A DNA stretch of 64,000 bases from assembly GCF_003991155.1 (NCBI RefSeq), contig NZ_CP031293.1. One strand, given 5' to 3'. Of the stretch, positions 1-10,235 are shown one piece after another. How positions within the stretch are numbered: position 1 is the first letter of the stretch; every line of letters begins with the position of its first letter. The stretch is from Escherichia coli (lineage in GTDB: Bacteria; Pseudomonadota; Gammaproteobacteria; Enterobacterales; Enterobacteriaceae). The notes beneath the pieces are model-generated. The model was not told where the DNA came from and did no database searches. It worked only from the letters and a program-made list of their open reading frames with translations. Both the position numbers and the translations under genes were made by a program.

Positions 1-1265
1 TCGATGGTGACTTTTGCCGTTCCTGCGACCACTACCCAGTGTTCCGCGCGGTGATGGTGCATCTGTACCGACAAACCTTCGCCCGGTTTCACGGTGATGC
101 GTTTCACCTGATAGCGGTCGCCCGCGTCGATAGAGTCATATTTGCCCCACGGACGATACACTTCGCGATGCACCCGATGCTCATGGCGACCATCAGCTTT
201 GATCTGCTCGACCACTTTTTTCACATCCTGCACCGCATTACGGTCGGCAATCAGCACCGCATCTTTGGTCTGCACTACCACCAAATCTTTCACCCCGACG
301 GTGGTGACCAGGCCAGATTCGGCATACACATAGCTGTTTTCAGTTTTGTGATTAATCACATCGCCATGGCAAACGTTGCCCTCGGCGGTGTGGGCGCTGA
401 TCTCCCATAAAGAGGACCAGGAGCCGACATCGCTCCAGCCTGCATCCATCGGCACCACAACGGCATCTGCCGTGCGTTCCATGACCGCGTAATCCACCGA
501 CTCTTCCGGGCAGGCCAGAAACGCTTCTTCATCCACACGAATAAAATCGAGATCCGGATCGACGGCGCTCATCGCTTTTTCGCAGGCATCGAGAATATCC
601 GGGCGATATTTTTTCAGTTCTTCGAGATAGCGTCCGGCACGGAACAGGAACATACCGCTGTTCCAGTAATATTCGCCACTTGCCACATAGGCCTGGGCGG
701 TTTCCAGATTCGGTTTTTCGACAAACTGCGCCACTTCAAAGGCCACCGCATCCTGCTCACCCGCCGACACTTCACCGCGACGAATATAGCCATATCCGGT
801 TTCAGGTAGATCCGGCACAATGCCGAAGGTCACCAGCTTGCCCGCTTCGGCATACGGCATGGCATTACGCACGGCGGCACGGAACGCGTCTTCATCGGCA
901 ATCACATGATCCGCCGCCAGCACCAGCATTAATGGGTCGTTCTCCGGGCTATGACGTTTTGCCGCCAGCGCCGCCAGCGCAATGGCCGGTGCAGTGTTAC
1001 GCCCTGCCGGTTCGAGAATAATGTTCTCGGTGAGTTTGTTCAGTTGACGCAGCTGTTCCGCGACAATAAAGCGGTGCTGCTCATTGCAAATCACCACCGG
1101 GCTTTCGCACTCCACGCCGTTCAGGCGGCAGATGGTGGTTTGCAGCATGGTGAGATCGCCTTTCAGGCATAAAAACTGCTTGGGGTAAAGTACGCGGGAA
1201 AGCGGCCATAAGCGGCTACCGGAGCCACCTGCCATCACAACTGGATAGAGTTTCGACTGCGCCAT
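1..1265 (-). CDS. cpsB: mannose-1-phosphate guanylyltransferase (partial; 3' end beyond window start)
   Basis: Minus-strand ORF starting ATG at 1265 ([24 protein letters not shown]..., nucleotidyltransferase G-loop) runs off the window edge; not in ORF track because it has no stop in window. Confidence 0.85.
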   Translation of the reverse strand, partial: MAQSKLYPVVMAGGSGSRLWPLSRVLYPKQFLCLKGDLTMLQTTICRLNGVECESPVVICNEQHRFIVAEQLRQLNKLTENIILEPAGRNTAPAIALAALAAKRHSPENDPLMLVLAADHVIADEDAFRAAVRNAMPYAEAGKLVTFGIVPDLPETGYGYIRRGEVSAGEQDAVAFEVAQFVEKPNLETAQAYVASGEYYWNSGMFLFRAGRYLEELKKYRPDILDACEKAMSAVDPDLDFIRVDEEAFLACPEESVDYAVMERTADAVVVPMDAGWSDVGSWSSLWEISAHTAEGNVCHGDVINHKTENSYVYAESGLVTTVGVKDLVVVQTKDAVLIADRNAVQDVKKVVEQIKADGRHEHRVHREVYRPWGKYDSIDAGDRYQVKRITVKPGEGLSVQMHHHRAEHWVVVAGTAKVTI

Positions 1266-1267
1266 AA

Positions 1268-2491
1268 TTATCCCCGAATATCATTTATAAATTGACGTAA
1301 CACGTTCTCTTTATCGAGCGTGCGTTCGGCATATTCACGTGCCACCGTGTTGTGTTTGGGCAGCAGGAGCGCCTGACGAATCCCCGCCACCAGCGCCTCG
1401 ACCGATTCCGGTTCCACGCAAACCGCAATGCCCGGAAAGGTTTCGCAAAGCTGTCCCAGTTCTGTGTGGGCTTCAGCAGTAATCACCGCGTTACCGCCTA
1501 CCGCCAGAATATTGGTCAGTTTCGACGGCAATACGGCATCTGCCGCGCCGCGTTTTTGCACCACCAGATGGCAATCCCCCATCTTCAGCAGTGCGGGTAA
1601 AGCGTCATATGATTGCAGCGGAAAAAATTGCATGTTGCGCAGTCCACGCTGCTGCGCCATTTTTTCCAGCCGCGCTTTGCCGCCGCCCTGCCCGACAATG
1701 GCAAAAATAAGCGGTTCATCGCGCAGGCGATCGGCAGCTTCAATAACGTTTTCCAGCCCCTGCTTTTCACCAATATTGCCGGAGTAAAGAACGATTTTTT
1801 TGTTATCCGGCAGGGCAAGCTGGTTACGAAGGTCGTCAACATCGGCGTCTGCAACATGTTGAAAACGGGCGATTTCCGACCAGTTGGGGAAGAAGATGAC
1901 GTTTTCCGCCGCCACGCCTTTTTCGATAGCTTTATTCATCATCGAGCGCGAAATCGTGGAGACGTTATCGACGTTATGCAGTCCGCTACGTTCGAACGCC
2001 GTCGCCAGCTGTGCCACTTTGCCGCCTTTACTTTTTCCGGCAAGGCCCAGCCCCAGCATGGCGTCCACTTCGTAATCCTGAATATGCAGCACCGTGCGCG
2101 CACCAGACAGTTTCGCCAGCAGGCGCATTCCCGGCGTGCAAAACAGCGTTGGCACCACGCCGATAATGCGATCCGGCTTCCAGCGACGTTGCGCCATCAG
2201 CGGAAAGAAACTGCTGGCGGCAAAACTGCCGAGATGCAACAGGCGTTTCAGGGTGCTCGGCTGTTTTGGCACGTACAGCGGGCAGCGCCACACCGTGGCG
2301 GCCCCCTCTTCTCGTTTGTACCGCCAGGCGGAATAGTTCTCGCCCACCTGCCATTGCGGGTAGTAAGGCGGTGCGGTAATAACCCGCACCTCATGACCTT
2401 GTGCCGCCAGCCATTCCACCATCTCGCCGGTGTACTTGCCGATGCCGGTTAACTCCGGCGAGTAGTTAATGCCGTAGACCAGTATTTTCAT
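1268..2491 (-). CDS. wcaI: colanic acid biosynthesis glycosyltransferase
   Basis: 407-aa [23 protein letters not shown]... GT-B glycosyltransferase; position between cpsB and gmm as in K-12 wca cluster. Confidence 0.9.
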   Translation of the reverse strand: MKILVYGINYSPELTGIGKYTGEMVEWLAAQGHEVRVITAPPYYPQWQVGENYSAWRYKREEGAATVWRCPLYVPKQPSTLKRLLHLGSFAASSFFPLMAQRRWKPDRIIGVVPTLFCTPGMRLLAKLSGARTVLHIQDYEVDAMLGLGLAGKSKGGKVAQLATAFERSGLHNVDNVSTISRSMMNKAIEKGVAAENVIFFPNWSEIARFQHVADADVDDLRNQLALPDNKKIVLYSGNIGEKQGLENVIEAADRLRDEPLIFAIVGQGGGKARLEKMAQQRGLRNMQFFPLQSYDALPALLKMGDCHLVVQKRGAADAVLPSKLTNILAVGGNAVITAEAHTELGQLCETFPGIAVCVEPESVEALVAGIRQALLLPKHNTVAREYAERTLDKENVLRQFINDIRG

Positions 2492-2967
2492 AATCCGGGT
2501 ACTCCGGCACGCTTCTCAGCGAGAAAATAGGCGCGGCTGTTAGCGTGAACATTGTCACTGGCGAGCAACGCGTCCGGCGTCAGCCAGCGGTAATCGTCAT
2601 GCTGCTCATCCGGCAGTAACAGATCTTCTTCAGCGACTCTGAAGCGAAAACCGAGCACCACATAGTGAGTGGTGAAATCCGTGTCGGAGAAGTTATCGTC
2701 ATAAAAGTGCTGCCAGACACCGTAAAACTGGCCTACTGTTATCGGCAGACGCAGCCCCAGTTCCTCCATCGTCAGCCGCTCAAATGCGGCTTCCAGCGTT
2801 TCGTCTTTCTGCACGCGCCCTCCCGGCACAAACCAGTAACCCTGCGCCGGGCGGTTGGTTCTTTTGCCAAGCAGAAACTCGCCGCGACTGTTCTCGACAA
2901 TAAAGTCGAGAGAGACAAGCGGAGTAGAGCGCACTACCGTGGCAAAGTCTTCCTGACGTAAAAACAT
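2488..2967 (-). CDS. gmm: GDP-mannose mannosyl hydrolase (Nudix)
   Basis: [15 protein letters not shown]... with Nudix box ([23 protein letters not shown]); start trimmed to second Met; 4-nt overlap with wcaI. Confidence 0.9.
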   Translation of the reverse strand: MFLRQEDFATVVRSTPLVSLDFIVENSRGEFLLGKRTNRPAQGYWFVPGGRVQKDETLEAAFERLTMEELGLRLPITVGQFYGVWQHFYDDNFSDTDFTTHYVVLGFRFRVAEEDLLLPDEQHDDYRWLTPDALLASDNVHANSRAYFLAEKRAGVPGL

Positions 2968-2969
2968 CA

Positions 2970-3935
2970 TTACCCCCGAAAGCGGTCTTGATTCTCAAGG
3001 AACCACTGGTAAGTGCTGGCGAGCCCCGCTTCCAGTGAGATTTCGTGATACCAGCCAAGCTGATGCAGGCGTGTCACATCCAGCAGTTTGCGCGGTGTAC
3101 CATCCGGTTTACTGGCATCAAAAACCACCCGACCTTTGTAACCCACCACTTTGGCGATGGTTTGCGCCAGCTCGCGGATAGTGCAGTCAACGCCCGTGCC
3201 GACGTTAATGTGCGACAGCATCGGTTGGGTGTTCTCCAGCCAGACTTCGTGCGCCAGCTCCATCACATGAATGCTCGCCGCCGCCATATCATCGACGTGC
3301 AGAAATTCGCGCATCGGTGTACCGCTGCCCCACACCACCACGTCCGGTGCATTCTGTGCCGTCGCCTCGTGGAAGCGACGCAGCAATGCAGGGATCACAT
3401 GCGAATTACTCGGGTGGAAGTTGTCATGCGGGCCATACAGGTTGGTCGGCATGACCGAGCGATAATCGCGTCCATACTGGCGGTTGTAAGATTCGCACAG
3501 TTTGATCCCGGCGATTTTGGCAATAGCATAAGGCTCGTTAGTCGGCTCCAGCGTACCCTGCAATAACTCGCTTTCTGCCATCGGCTGTTTTGCCAGTTTC
3601 GGGTAGATACAGGACGATCCGAGAAACAGCAGTTTGTTCACGTCGTTCTGATGCGCGGCGTGAATGATGTTGCTCTCAATCATCATGTTCTGGTAGATGA
3701 AATCTGCCGGATAGGTGTTGTTGGCAACAATGCCGCCCACTTTCGCCGCCGCCAGATAGACCTGGTCAATACGTTCGCTGGCAAAGAAATCATGCACCGC
3801 GCGGCTGTCCAGCAGGTTCAGCTCGTCGCGGGTGCGTAATACCAGTTCCACATCACCGCGCTGTTCGAGCTGCCGCCTGATGGCGGAACCGACCATCCCG
3901 CGATGGCCAGCGATAAAAATGCGTTGTTTACTCAT
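2970..3935 (-). CDS. fcl: GDP-L-fucose synthase
   Basis: 321-aa ORF, N-terminal Rossmann GxxGxxG ([11 protein letters not shown]), SDR-type epimerase/reductase; follows gmd. Confidence 0.92.
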   Translation of the reverse strand: MSKQRIFIAGHRGMVGSAIRRQLEQRGDVELVLRTRDELNLLDSRAVHDFFASERIDQVYLAAAKVGGIVANNTYPADFIYQNMMIESNIIHAAHQNDVNKLLFLGSSCIYPKLAKQPMAESELLQGTLEPTNEPYAIAKIAGIKLCESYNRQYGRDYRSVMPTNLYGPHDNFHPSNSHVIPALLRRFHEATAQNAPDVVVWGSGTPMREFLHVDDMAAASIHVMELAHEVWLENTQPMLSHINVGTGVDCTIRELAQTIAKVVGYKGRVVFDASKPDGTPRKLLDVTRLHQLGWYHEISLEAGLASTYQWFLENQDRFRG

Positions 3936-3937
3936 GC

Positions 3938-5059
3938 TTATGACTCCAGCGCGATCGCCACGTCGTAGCCGTGAGATTTCAGCAGAGAGTGTTTTTTCGC
4001 CGCTTCAAGGTCATTAGCCACCATTTCAGACACCATCTCTCTGAGGGTGATTTCCGGTTTCCAGCCCAGTTTTTCGTGCGCTTTGGTCGGGTCGCCGAGC
4101 AGCGTTTCAACTTCAGCCGGACGGAAGTAACGCGGATCAACGGCGATAATCACATCACCCGGTTTAACGCCCGGCGCGTCATGCCCGGTGACGGAAACCA
4201 CAATGCCCTTCTCTTCAACGCCCGTACCTTCAAAGCGCAGTTTGATGCCCAGTTGTGCTGCCGCCATTTCCACGAACTGACGCACGGAGTACTGAACGCC
4301 GGTGGCAATAACGAAATCTTCCGGTTGTTCCTGTTGCAGCATCATCCACTGCATTTTTACGTAGTCTTTGGCATGGCCCCAGTCACGCAGGGAATCCATA
4401 TTGCCGAGGTACAGGCACGATTCCAGCCCCTGGGCGATGTTGGCGATTGCGCGGGTGATTTTGCGGGTAACGAAGGTTTCGCCGCGGCGCGGGGATTCAT
4501 GGTTGAAGAGAATACCGTTACAGGCGTACATGCCGTAGGATTCGCGGTAGTTAACGGTGATCCAGTAGGCGTACAGTTTGGCGACCGCATACGGAGAGCG
4601 TGGATAGAACGGCGTGGTTTCTTTCTGCGGAATTTCCTGCACCAGACCATACAGTTCAGAGGTGGAAGCCTGATAGAAACGGGTTTTCTTTTCCAGACCG
4701 AGGAAGCGGATCGCCTCCAGCAGACGCAGCGTACCCATCGCGTCGACGTCAGCGGTATATTCCGGTGACTCAAAAGAAACCGCAACGTGGCTCATTGCGC
4801 CCAGGTTGTACACTTCATCCGGCTGCACTTCACGCAAAATGCGCGTCAGGTTGGAGGTATCACTCAGGTCGCCATAATGCAGATGGAATTTCGGGTTGCA
4901 GGTGTGCGGATCCTGATAAATGTGATCCACGCGCTCGGTGTTGAATGACGATGCGCGACGCTTAATACCATGCACCTCGTAACCTTTTTCCAGCAGAAAC
5001 TCTGCCAGGTAAGAACCGTCTTGTCCGGTTACGCCGGTGATGAGAGCGACTTTTGACAT
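3938..5059 (-). CDS. gmd: GDP-mannose 4,6-dehydratase
   Basis: 373-aa [35 protein letters not shown]..., canonical Gmd N-terminus. Confidence 0.95.
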
Positions 5060-5085
5060 GTCTTATTCCTCTGTATTTTTTGAAT

Positions 5086-5634
5086 TTATTCAGTTTCAAC
5101 GCGTTTGCGTATCACCACTGCGGGGTTCCCCCGGCAAACCACATTTGCCGGAAGCGATTTAAAAACACTGCTTCGCGCACCCACGACGGTGCCGTTGCCG
5201 ATCGTGACGCCAGGGGCAACAAAAACATCTGTCGCCAGCCAGCATTTCTCGCCAATCACAATAGGCGTGGCGTTAATGGTGAAATGTTGACTTGCATGGT
5301 CGTGGCTCCCGGTGCATAAATAACTTTTTTGCGATATCACCGAATGTGCGCCAATGGTTATTTCACCGAGGGTATATAAATTGACCTCATCGCCGACCCA
5401 CGCGTAATCACCTAAGGTTAATTTCCACGGATAGGTAATTTTTACTGACGGACGAATAACTACGTTTTTTCCTATTTTTGCGCCGAATAAACGTAATAAA
5501 AATGCCCGCCAGCGATACAATACTTGTGGCGACCAGGCAAATATTGTTGCCTGTACCGCCCACCATAATTGCACTTTAATAGCATTGCTGCCCCGGAACC
5601 CTTTCGGCACCGAGAACCCACTTAAATCCTGCAT
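5086..5634 (-). CDS. wcaF: colanic acid biosynthesis acetyltransferase
   Basis: 182-aa ORF with hexapeptide-repeat (left-handed beta-helix) acyltransferase signature. Confidence 0.88.
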   Translation of the reverse strand: MQDLSGFSVPKGFRGSNAIKVQLWWAVQATIFAWSPQVLYRWRAFLLRLFGAKIGKNVVIRPSVKITYPWKLTLGDYAWVGDEVNLYTLGEITIGAHSVISQKSYLCTGSHDHASQHFTINATPIVIGEKCWLATDVFVAPGVTIGNGTVVGARSSVFKSLPANVVCRGNPAVVIRKRVETE

Positions 5635-5649
5635 CGTTTTCCCTTATAT

Positions 5650-6396
5650 TCAGCTTTTGTTATATAAGGCTTTCGTCTTTGAGGTAGTACGCTGGCGTAA
5701 ATGCCAGGATAATTCTGCCCAGAAGCCAGGCACATGTAATATTTGCCGTTGGACTTTTTTGGCATCAGCACACAATTCCATATTATTGGTGGTAGATACC
5801 CCACCCATGGAAAATTCAGACACCAGGCCATTGAGTTTTTTAAATGCATAACCGGCTTTATACATTTTGGCCGCCAGCGCGTAGTCGGAAGAAACTTTAT
5901 ATTCCAGGTCATAACGCCATTTCTTCAAGCCGGACACCGGGAAAAATATCGCCTGATGACTGGCGGGCAGGCTGTGGTAAATATACCAGCCCGGTTTGGC
6001 GCTACGTTTAATTTTATGCCCGTCGCCAAAATCCAGCAGCGCATCGCCGGTGATCATCACGTTATCTTTTTGCACTTTTAACTTACGGACAAAATTTGCG
6101 GCATCCTGATGAAAAATATCGCCCGAGTTGAGAAACAACGCGAACTTGCCTTGTGCCATCGCAATGCCCTTGTTCATGGCGTCGTAGATACCGTTATCTG
6201 GCTCGCTGACAAAGCGTAGGTTATAGATACCCTTGAGATTTTCCAGATACTCACGGGTACCGTCGTTGGAACCGCCATCGACAACAATCCATTCGAAGCT
6301 GATATCGTCCACCTGCGCTAGATGCGCCAGCGAGGCATGTGTTTTGACTATCCCTTCGAGGTTACGAAACGCGACAGTGATTATGCTAAGCAACAT
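5650..6396 (-). CDS. wcaE: colanic acid biosynthesis glycosyltransferase (GT2)
   Basis: 248-aa ORF, GT2-type motifs ([10 protein letters not shown], DxD-like). Confidence 0.88.
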   Translation of the reverse strand: MLLSIITVAFRNLEGIVKTHASLAHLAQVDDISFEWIVVDGGSNDGTREYLENLKGIYNLRFVSEPDNGIYDAMNKGIAMAQGKFALFLNSGDIFHQDAANFVRKLKVQKDNVMITGDALLDFGDGHKIKRSAKPGWYIYHSLPASHQAIFFPVSGLKKWRYDLEYKVSSDYALAAKMYKAGYAFKKLNGLVSEFSMGGVSTTNNMELCADAKKVQRQILHVPGFWAELSWHLRQRTTSKTKALYNKS

Positions 6397-6406
6397 GTTC
6401 TTATTC

Positions 6407-7624
6407 TTACCTCGTAATATTTAACGCTTTTCGCAAAATAAACGGACAGACGATTAAAAATGCATATTCCGGGCTAAATATCGAACCGGTAAAAAACAGC
6501 GATACCGGAGTAAAAAGATATAATTGCACGCGAAAATTGCGGTTATCACCAAAAGCGTTGATCATCATTTTTATCACTTTCCCCATGTACCACAGCGATA
6601 AAAACACTGCGAACCAGGAAAAATAAATAATCAGCAGATACAAACCATTGTCTATGGTTTTTCCGACATCCGCACCGTTAAATATTCCGAATGATGCGAC
6701 ATATTCATAAAGTGAGCCAAATCTGACTACACCGTCAATATGGGTCAAAGAATAACCGACCATCACCAGCGGACCGACAATACGATAATACGATGACGAA
6801 CCTTCCGTGCCTAAATCACCCAGACGGGTGGAAATATAAGGAAACGCGATTACCACACCAACCAGGAATACAGCCAGAGAAACCAATGCTAACGGTAACT
6901 TTTTCTTAATCGCCTCTTTATTCAGATATTGAAATGCCCACTCCAGCAAATAAAAAAGGATAAAGGTCATAACCCCTGAAAACGATCCGGATAATATTAT
7001 CCCTGCGAGAATCATAGCATCGGTTTTAGGCGTTTTGATACCAAACTGTTTGATGCTGAGCCAAATTGAGATTAATGCCAGAGCGAAAAATGCCGGTTCG
7101 AAATAAAGTGCTGTCGTGCGCTTGCCGCCGAATTTAATGAAATTCAGCACATAGCTGTTGCTGTAAATCAGATATTTCGAAATCGACTCCATAATACTGC
7201 TACCGCCGGTGAGGATAATTTGCGCCATCTCCACCGCCGCCAGCGCCACCACCAGCCCGACCACCAGATAAAAGAAACGTAATATCTTGCGATGGTTGTG
7301 TGGCGAAATTGTTTTAAAACGAATACTCCACACCATGCCAATAATGATCACAATATAGACAAACAGCATGGTTGAAGTGACGTATTTACTGGCATCCAAC
7401 GACTGACCAAACAGGTAGTTAAACGCCGTGAGTCCCGCACCAACCCCTAAGGCAATCATCAATTTTTTAACGTTGATGCGCTCTAAAAACAGCAGTAACA
7501 AGACGGGTAAAAAAGTGACGATGGTAATGGGGAAACTTTCGCCAAGCTGGGCGATTTTGACGTTAACCAGCAGGTAAATCAGCGGCAGCAGTAGGTAGCT
7601 ACAGATTCTGATAGAAGTTGACAT
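6407..7624 (-). CDS. wcaD: colanic acid polymerase (multi-TM)
   Basis: ORF-track entry is N-extended; start trimmed to [15 protein letters not shown]...; highly hydrophobic polytopic protein. Confidence 0.85.
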   Translation of the reverse strand: MSTSIRICSYLLLPLIYLLVNVKIAQLGESFPITIVTFLPVLLLLFLERINVKKLMIALGVGAGLTAFNYLFGQSLDASKYVTSTMLFVYIVIIIGMVWSIRFKTISPHNHRKILRFFYLVVGLVVALAAVEMAQIILTGGSSIMESISKYLIYSNSYVLNFIKFGGKRTTALYFEPAFFALALISIWLSIKQFGIKTPKTDAMILAGIILSGSFSGVMTFILFYLLEWAFQYLNKEAIKKKLPLALVSLAVFLVGVVIAFPYISTRLGDLGTEGSSSYYRIVGPLVMVGYSLTHIDGVVRFGSLYEYVASFGIFNGADVGKTIDNGLYLLIIYFSWFAVFLSLWYMGKVIKMMINAFGDNRNFRVQLYLFTPVSLFFTGSIFSPEYAFLIVCPFILRKALNITR

Positions 7625-8816
7625 ACTCCTCCAGCATCTGTTGTCCACTGTAGGCGGCGCGGCTGCGTTGGCTAAACCCAGCCAGCGTGGTACCAAATAT
7701 CGCCTGCGCGATTTCCGGTTTGCTTAACTGCACCAGTTGCAGCACGTCTTCTTCGCTGACGGTTTTACCGCCGGATTTTTGCAGAACTTCCCGCGCCGCG
7801 TCGCTATGGGTGGCAATCACCGGCACGCCAATCGATAGCGCCTCACACAAAATCAGCGGGTAGTTATCGACGCGAGAACTGAATACCAGCGCATCCATCT
7901 GATTGAGCGCGCTCATCAACTTGCGCTTGTCAGTTTCAAAGCCGTGATTAACCACGTTGCCAGCGGTGAACGGCGAGAACTTACCAAAGGTATGCAGTTC
8001 AATTTTGTCGCCCAGCGCCATCATCTCACGTACCAGTTGCTGGTTAGTTTTGCCGTCGTAACGCAGATCATGCGCCACCACCGCGATTTTCGGCTTGTCC
8101 TGGGTTTCGCGCACCGGAGGCAAGTCCGCCAGAATCGCTTCGGTTGCCATATCAATACCGTTATTGATAATCCGGCAACGCCCTGGACCGTACAGACTAT
8201 TGAAAGCATCAGCCACATGCTGGCTGGGGGAAATAAACTGACAGCCCAGTGCCAGCATCTCGCGGAATAACTGGCGTTTACCCGCCACCAGCTGGTGCGC
8301 GCGATCAATCTTCACCGGTGGATAGTTATTTAAGGTCGGGCATTTCTGGCAGCCCGTTTTCCAGCCTTCGCAACCGTCGGTAAAGGCGCAGCGTCCGGTA
8401 ACGCTCCAGTGATCGTGTAACGTCCAGACCAGAGTGATATCCGGTTTATGGTTTTTCACTTTTTCGCAAAAGCGCACCACGCTCTTAAGATTCAACCAGT
8501 AGCTGTGCAGCACATGAAAATGCAGGACCACCGGACCCGGTGTGCGAGTAATGGTGCGATATAACTCATTGAAATTGCCGAACAGATCGCGATTAAACAG
8601 ACGAAACAACGCAATGTTCGCCATCGCGGTCATCCGCGGCGTATGTTTGATGACCTGCGGATAGTTTTGATGACTGACGCTCTCTTTGCCGCCTTTGCCG
8701 TAGCCGTAGACAAAATGTGACGCCAGCCCCTGTTGCAGCGCGCGCTGGTGGAGATCTAACGCCACACCTGCTGCCCCGCCTTCCGCCAGTCGCACATTGA
8801 ATTGCAGAATATTCAT
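7599..8816 (-). CDS. wcaC: colanic acid biosynthesis glycosyltransferase
   Basis: 405-aa ORF MNILQFNVRLAEGGAAGVALDLHQRA..., GT-B family. Confidence 0.9.
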   Translation of the reverse strand: MNILQFNVRLAEGGAAGVALDLHQRALQQGLASHFVYGYGKGGKESVSHQNYPQVIKHTPRMTAMANIALFRLFNRDLFGNFNELYRTITRTPGPVVLHFHVLHSYWLNLKSVVRFCEKVKNHKPDITLVWTLHDHWSVTGRCAFTDGCEGWKTGCQKCPTLNNYPPVKIDRAHQLVAGKRQLFREMLALGCQFISPSQHVADAFNSLYGPGRCRIINNGIDMATEAILADLPPVRETQDKPKIAVVAHDLRYDGKTNQQLVREMMALGDKIELHTFGKFSPFTAGNVVNHGFETDKRKLMSALNQMDALVFSSRVDNYPLILCEALSIGVPVIATHSDAAREVLQKSGGKTVSEEDVLQLVQLSKPEIAQAIFGTTLAGFSQRSRAAYSGQQMLEEYVNFYQNL

Positions 8817-9301
8817 TTAATTACCTTCACTCGCGCTTTTTCTCCCACCACCAGCGCGTTGTCCGGGACAGAGTCGAGCACCACGCTGCCCGCGCCCACG
8901 GTGACGTTGTTACCAAGCGTGATATCACCAAGAATAATGACGTTGGCACCGAGTTCGACGCCGTTGCCAATGTGTGGACATGCCATGTTATCGGCACCAC
9001 GATTGCCGATAGTGACGCCGTGACGAATGGTGAAATCATCCCCCGCGACCACGTTTTTATTGATCACCACGGCGTAACCGTGATGGATAGTGAAACGGCG
9101 GCCAATGGTCGCGGCGGCCTGGATTTCATAACCGAAAAAGCATTCGGTGATAATGCGATACAGCACCAGCAGCGGGGCCGCCCACAGATTGTTGAGGACG
9201 TTCTTTTTGCGCCACACCGAACAAAAATGAGCGACGCGATAGGCAAGAACCATGCAGCACGGACGTAAACTCCAGCTGTTGGCGCGCAGATCTTCCAGCA
9301 T
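8813..9301 (-). CDS. wcaB: colanic acid biosynthesis acetyltransferase
   Basis: 162-aa ORF with hexapeptide-repeat acetyltransferase pattern (serine acetyltransferase-like); 4-nt overlap with wcaC. Confidence 0.88.
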   Translation of the reverse strand: MLEDLRANSWSLRPCCMVLAYRVAHFCSVWRKKNVLNNLWAAPLLVLYRIITECFFGYEIQAAATIGRRFTIHHGYAVVINKNVVAGDDFTIRHGVTIGNRGADNMACPHIGNGVELGANVIILGDITLGNNVTVGAGSVVLDSVPDNALVVGEKARVKVIK

Positions 9302-9303
9302 CT

Positions 9304-10143
9304 TTAGCGCCCCCGAATACCATCAGCCAGACGTTTGCCGTTACGCACCGACAGCAGCGTCAGCAAAGTGCGCCAGGTCATGCGTTTATTGCGGATCTGG
9401 TAGAGGGTAAACAGCTGATATTTTTTGCTGGCGCGGTCGAATTTGTCTTTGTGCTTGCGGTAAAAGTGGAAGTATCCGGAGAATTTTTTCGGTGACGATG
9501 TGATCTGCATTTCACCATGATTGATATGCAGGATCTGCGTCGCCTCTTCCACTTTCCACGGTTCGCCGTACTCCACCACCATCCGCAGGAAGATGTCGTA
9601 ATCCTGTGCCGCTTTCAGTTTGGTATCGAACAAGCACTCTTTGAAACGCCACGCCCAGGTAAAGACCTGATTGCCAATAATATTGCGTTTGTAGAACAGG
9701 CGGCGTGAATACGGCGATTTGGGATACAGCGGCAAGCTTGCCGGTTGGGAATAGACTTCGCCCTGGCAAACGTAGTCGTTAGCGTACAAAAAGGCGTGAG
9801 TGACCAGTTGCTGTTTATGGGCGAGGAAGACGCTCAGGCGGTTGGGTGTCCATTCATCATCATCATCGATCCCGGTGATGTATTCCCCTTGCGCCAGCAT
9901 AATCGCCTGGTTACGTACCGCGCACGCCCCGCTGTTAATGTCGTTGTGAATGTAGGTAATACGCGGATCGTTGAGGGCGGTGACGTATTGTTGTAGTTGT
10001 TCCCAGGAGGTGGAGCAATCATCCACGATAATCATCTCCCAGTTGTTGTAGTCCTGGCGCAGGACCGATTTTATCGCCCGAATAGCCAGTTGTTGGCGGT
10101 TCCAGGTCGGCATATAGATTGAAATCAGCGGATTGTCTTTCAT
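9304..10143 (-). CDS. wcaA: colanic acid biosynthesis glycosyltransferase (GT2)
   Basis: 279-aa ORF, MKDNPLISIYMPTWNRQQLAIRAIKSVLRQ... GT2 N-terminus. Confidence 0.9.
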   Translation of the reverse strand: MKDNPLISIYMPTWNRQQLAIRAIKSVLRQDYNNWEMIIVDDCSTSWEQLQQYVTALNDPRITYIHNDINSGACAVRNQAIMLAQGEYITGIDDDDEWTPNRLSVFLAHKQQLVTHAFLYANDYVCQGEVYSQPASLPLYPKSPYSRRLFYKRNIIGNQVFTWAWRFKECLFDTKLKAAQDYDIFLRMVVEYGEPWKVEEATQILHINHGEMQITSSPKKFSGYFHFYRKHKDKFDRASKKYQLFTLYQIRNKRMTWRTLLTLLSVRNGKRLADGIRGR

Positions 10144-10169
10144 AGGTTGTTCTCCCGGCTTATGAGCTG

Positions 10170-10235
10170 GTTTGCTTGCCGGATGCGGCGTGAACGCCTT
10201 ATCCGGCCTACGGGGCGGTGCGAATGCAGGCGTCG
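10170..10235. repeat. REP/BIME palindromic element
   Basis: gccggatgcggcgtgaacgccttatccggcctac motif read directly between wcaA start and wzc stop. Confidence 0.75.

Noticed and set aside
1613-2452. 279-aa plus-strand ORF inside wcaI; similar long antisense ORFs occur at 3971-4768 (in gmd), 11577-12161 (in wzc), 38409-39020 (in mdtD), 43779-44852 (357 aa, in yegQ) and 56440-56979 (in yegU)
   Set aside because: All lie wholly inside well-supported genes on the opposite strand, lack an SD and recognisable domains; they are the mirror-frame ORFs expected in GC-rich coding DNA.
10170-10235. REP palindromes (also ~42410, ~47170, ~53630) as candidate intrinsic terminators
   Set aside because: They match the REP/BIME consensus (gccggatgcggcg...ccggc) and lack a following U-run, so they are called repeats rather than terminators.
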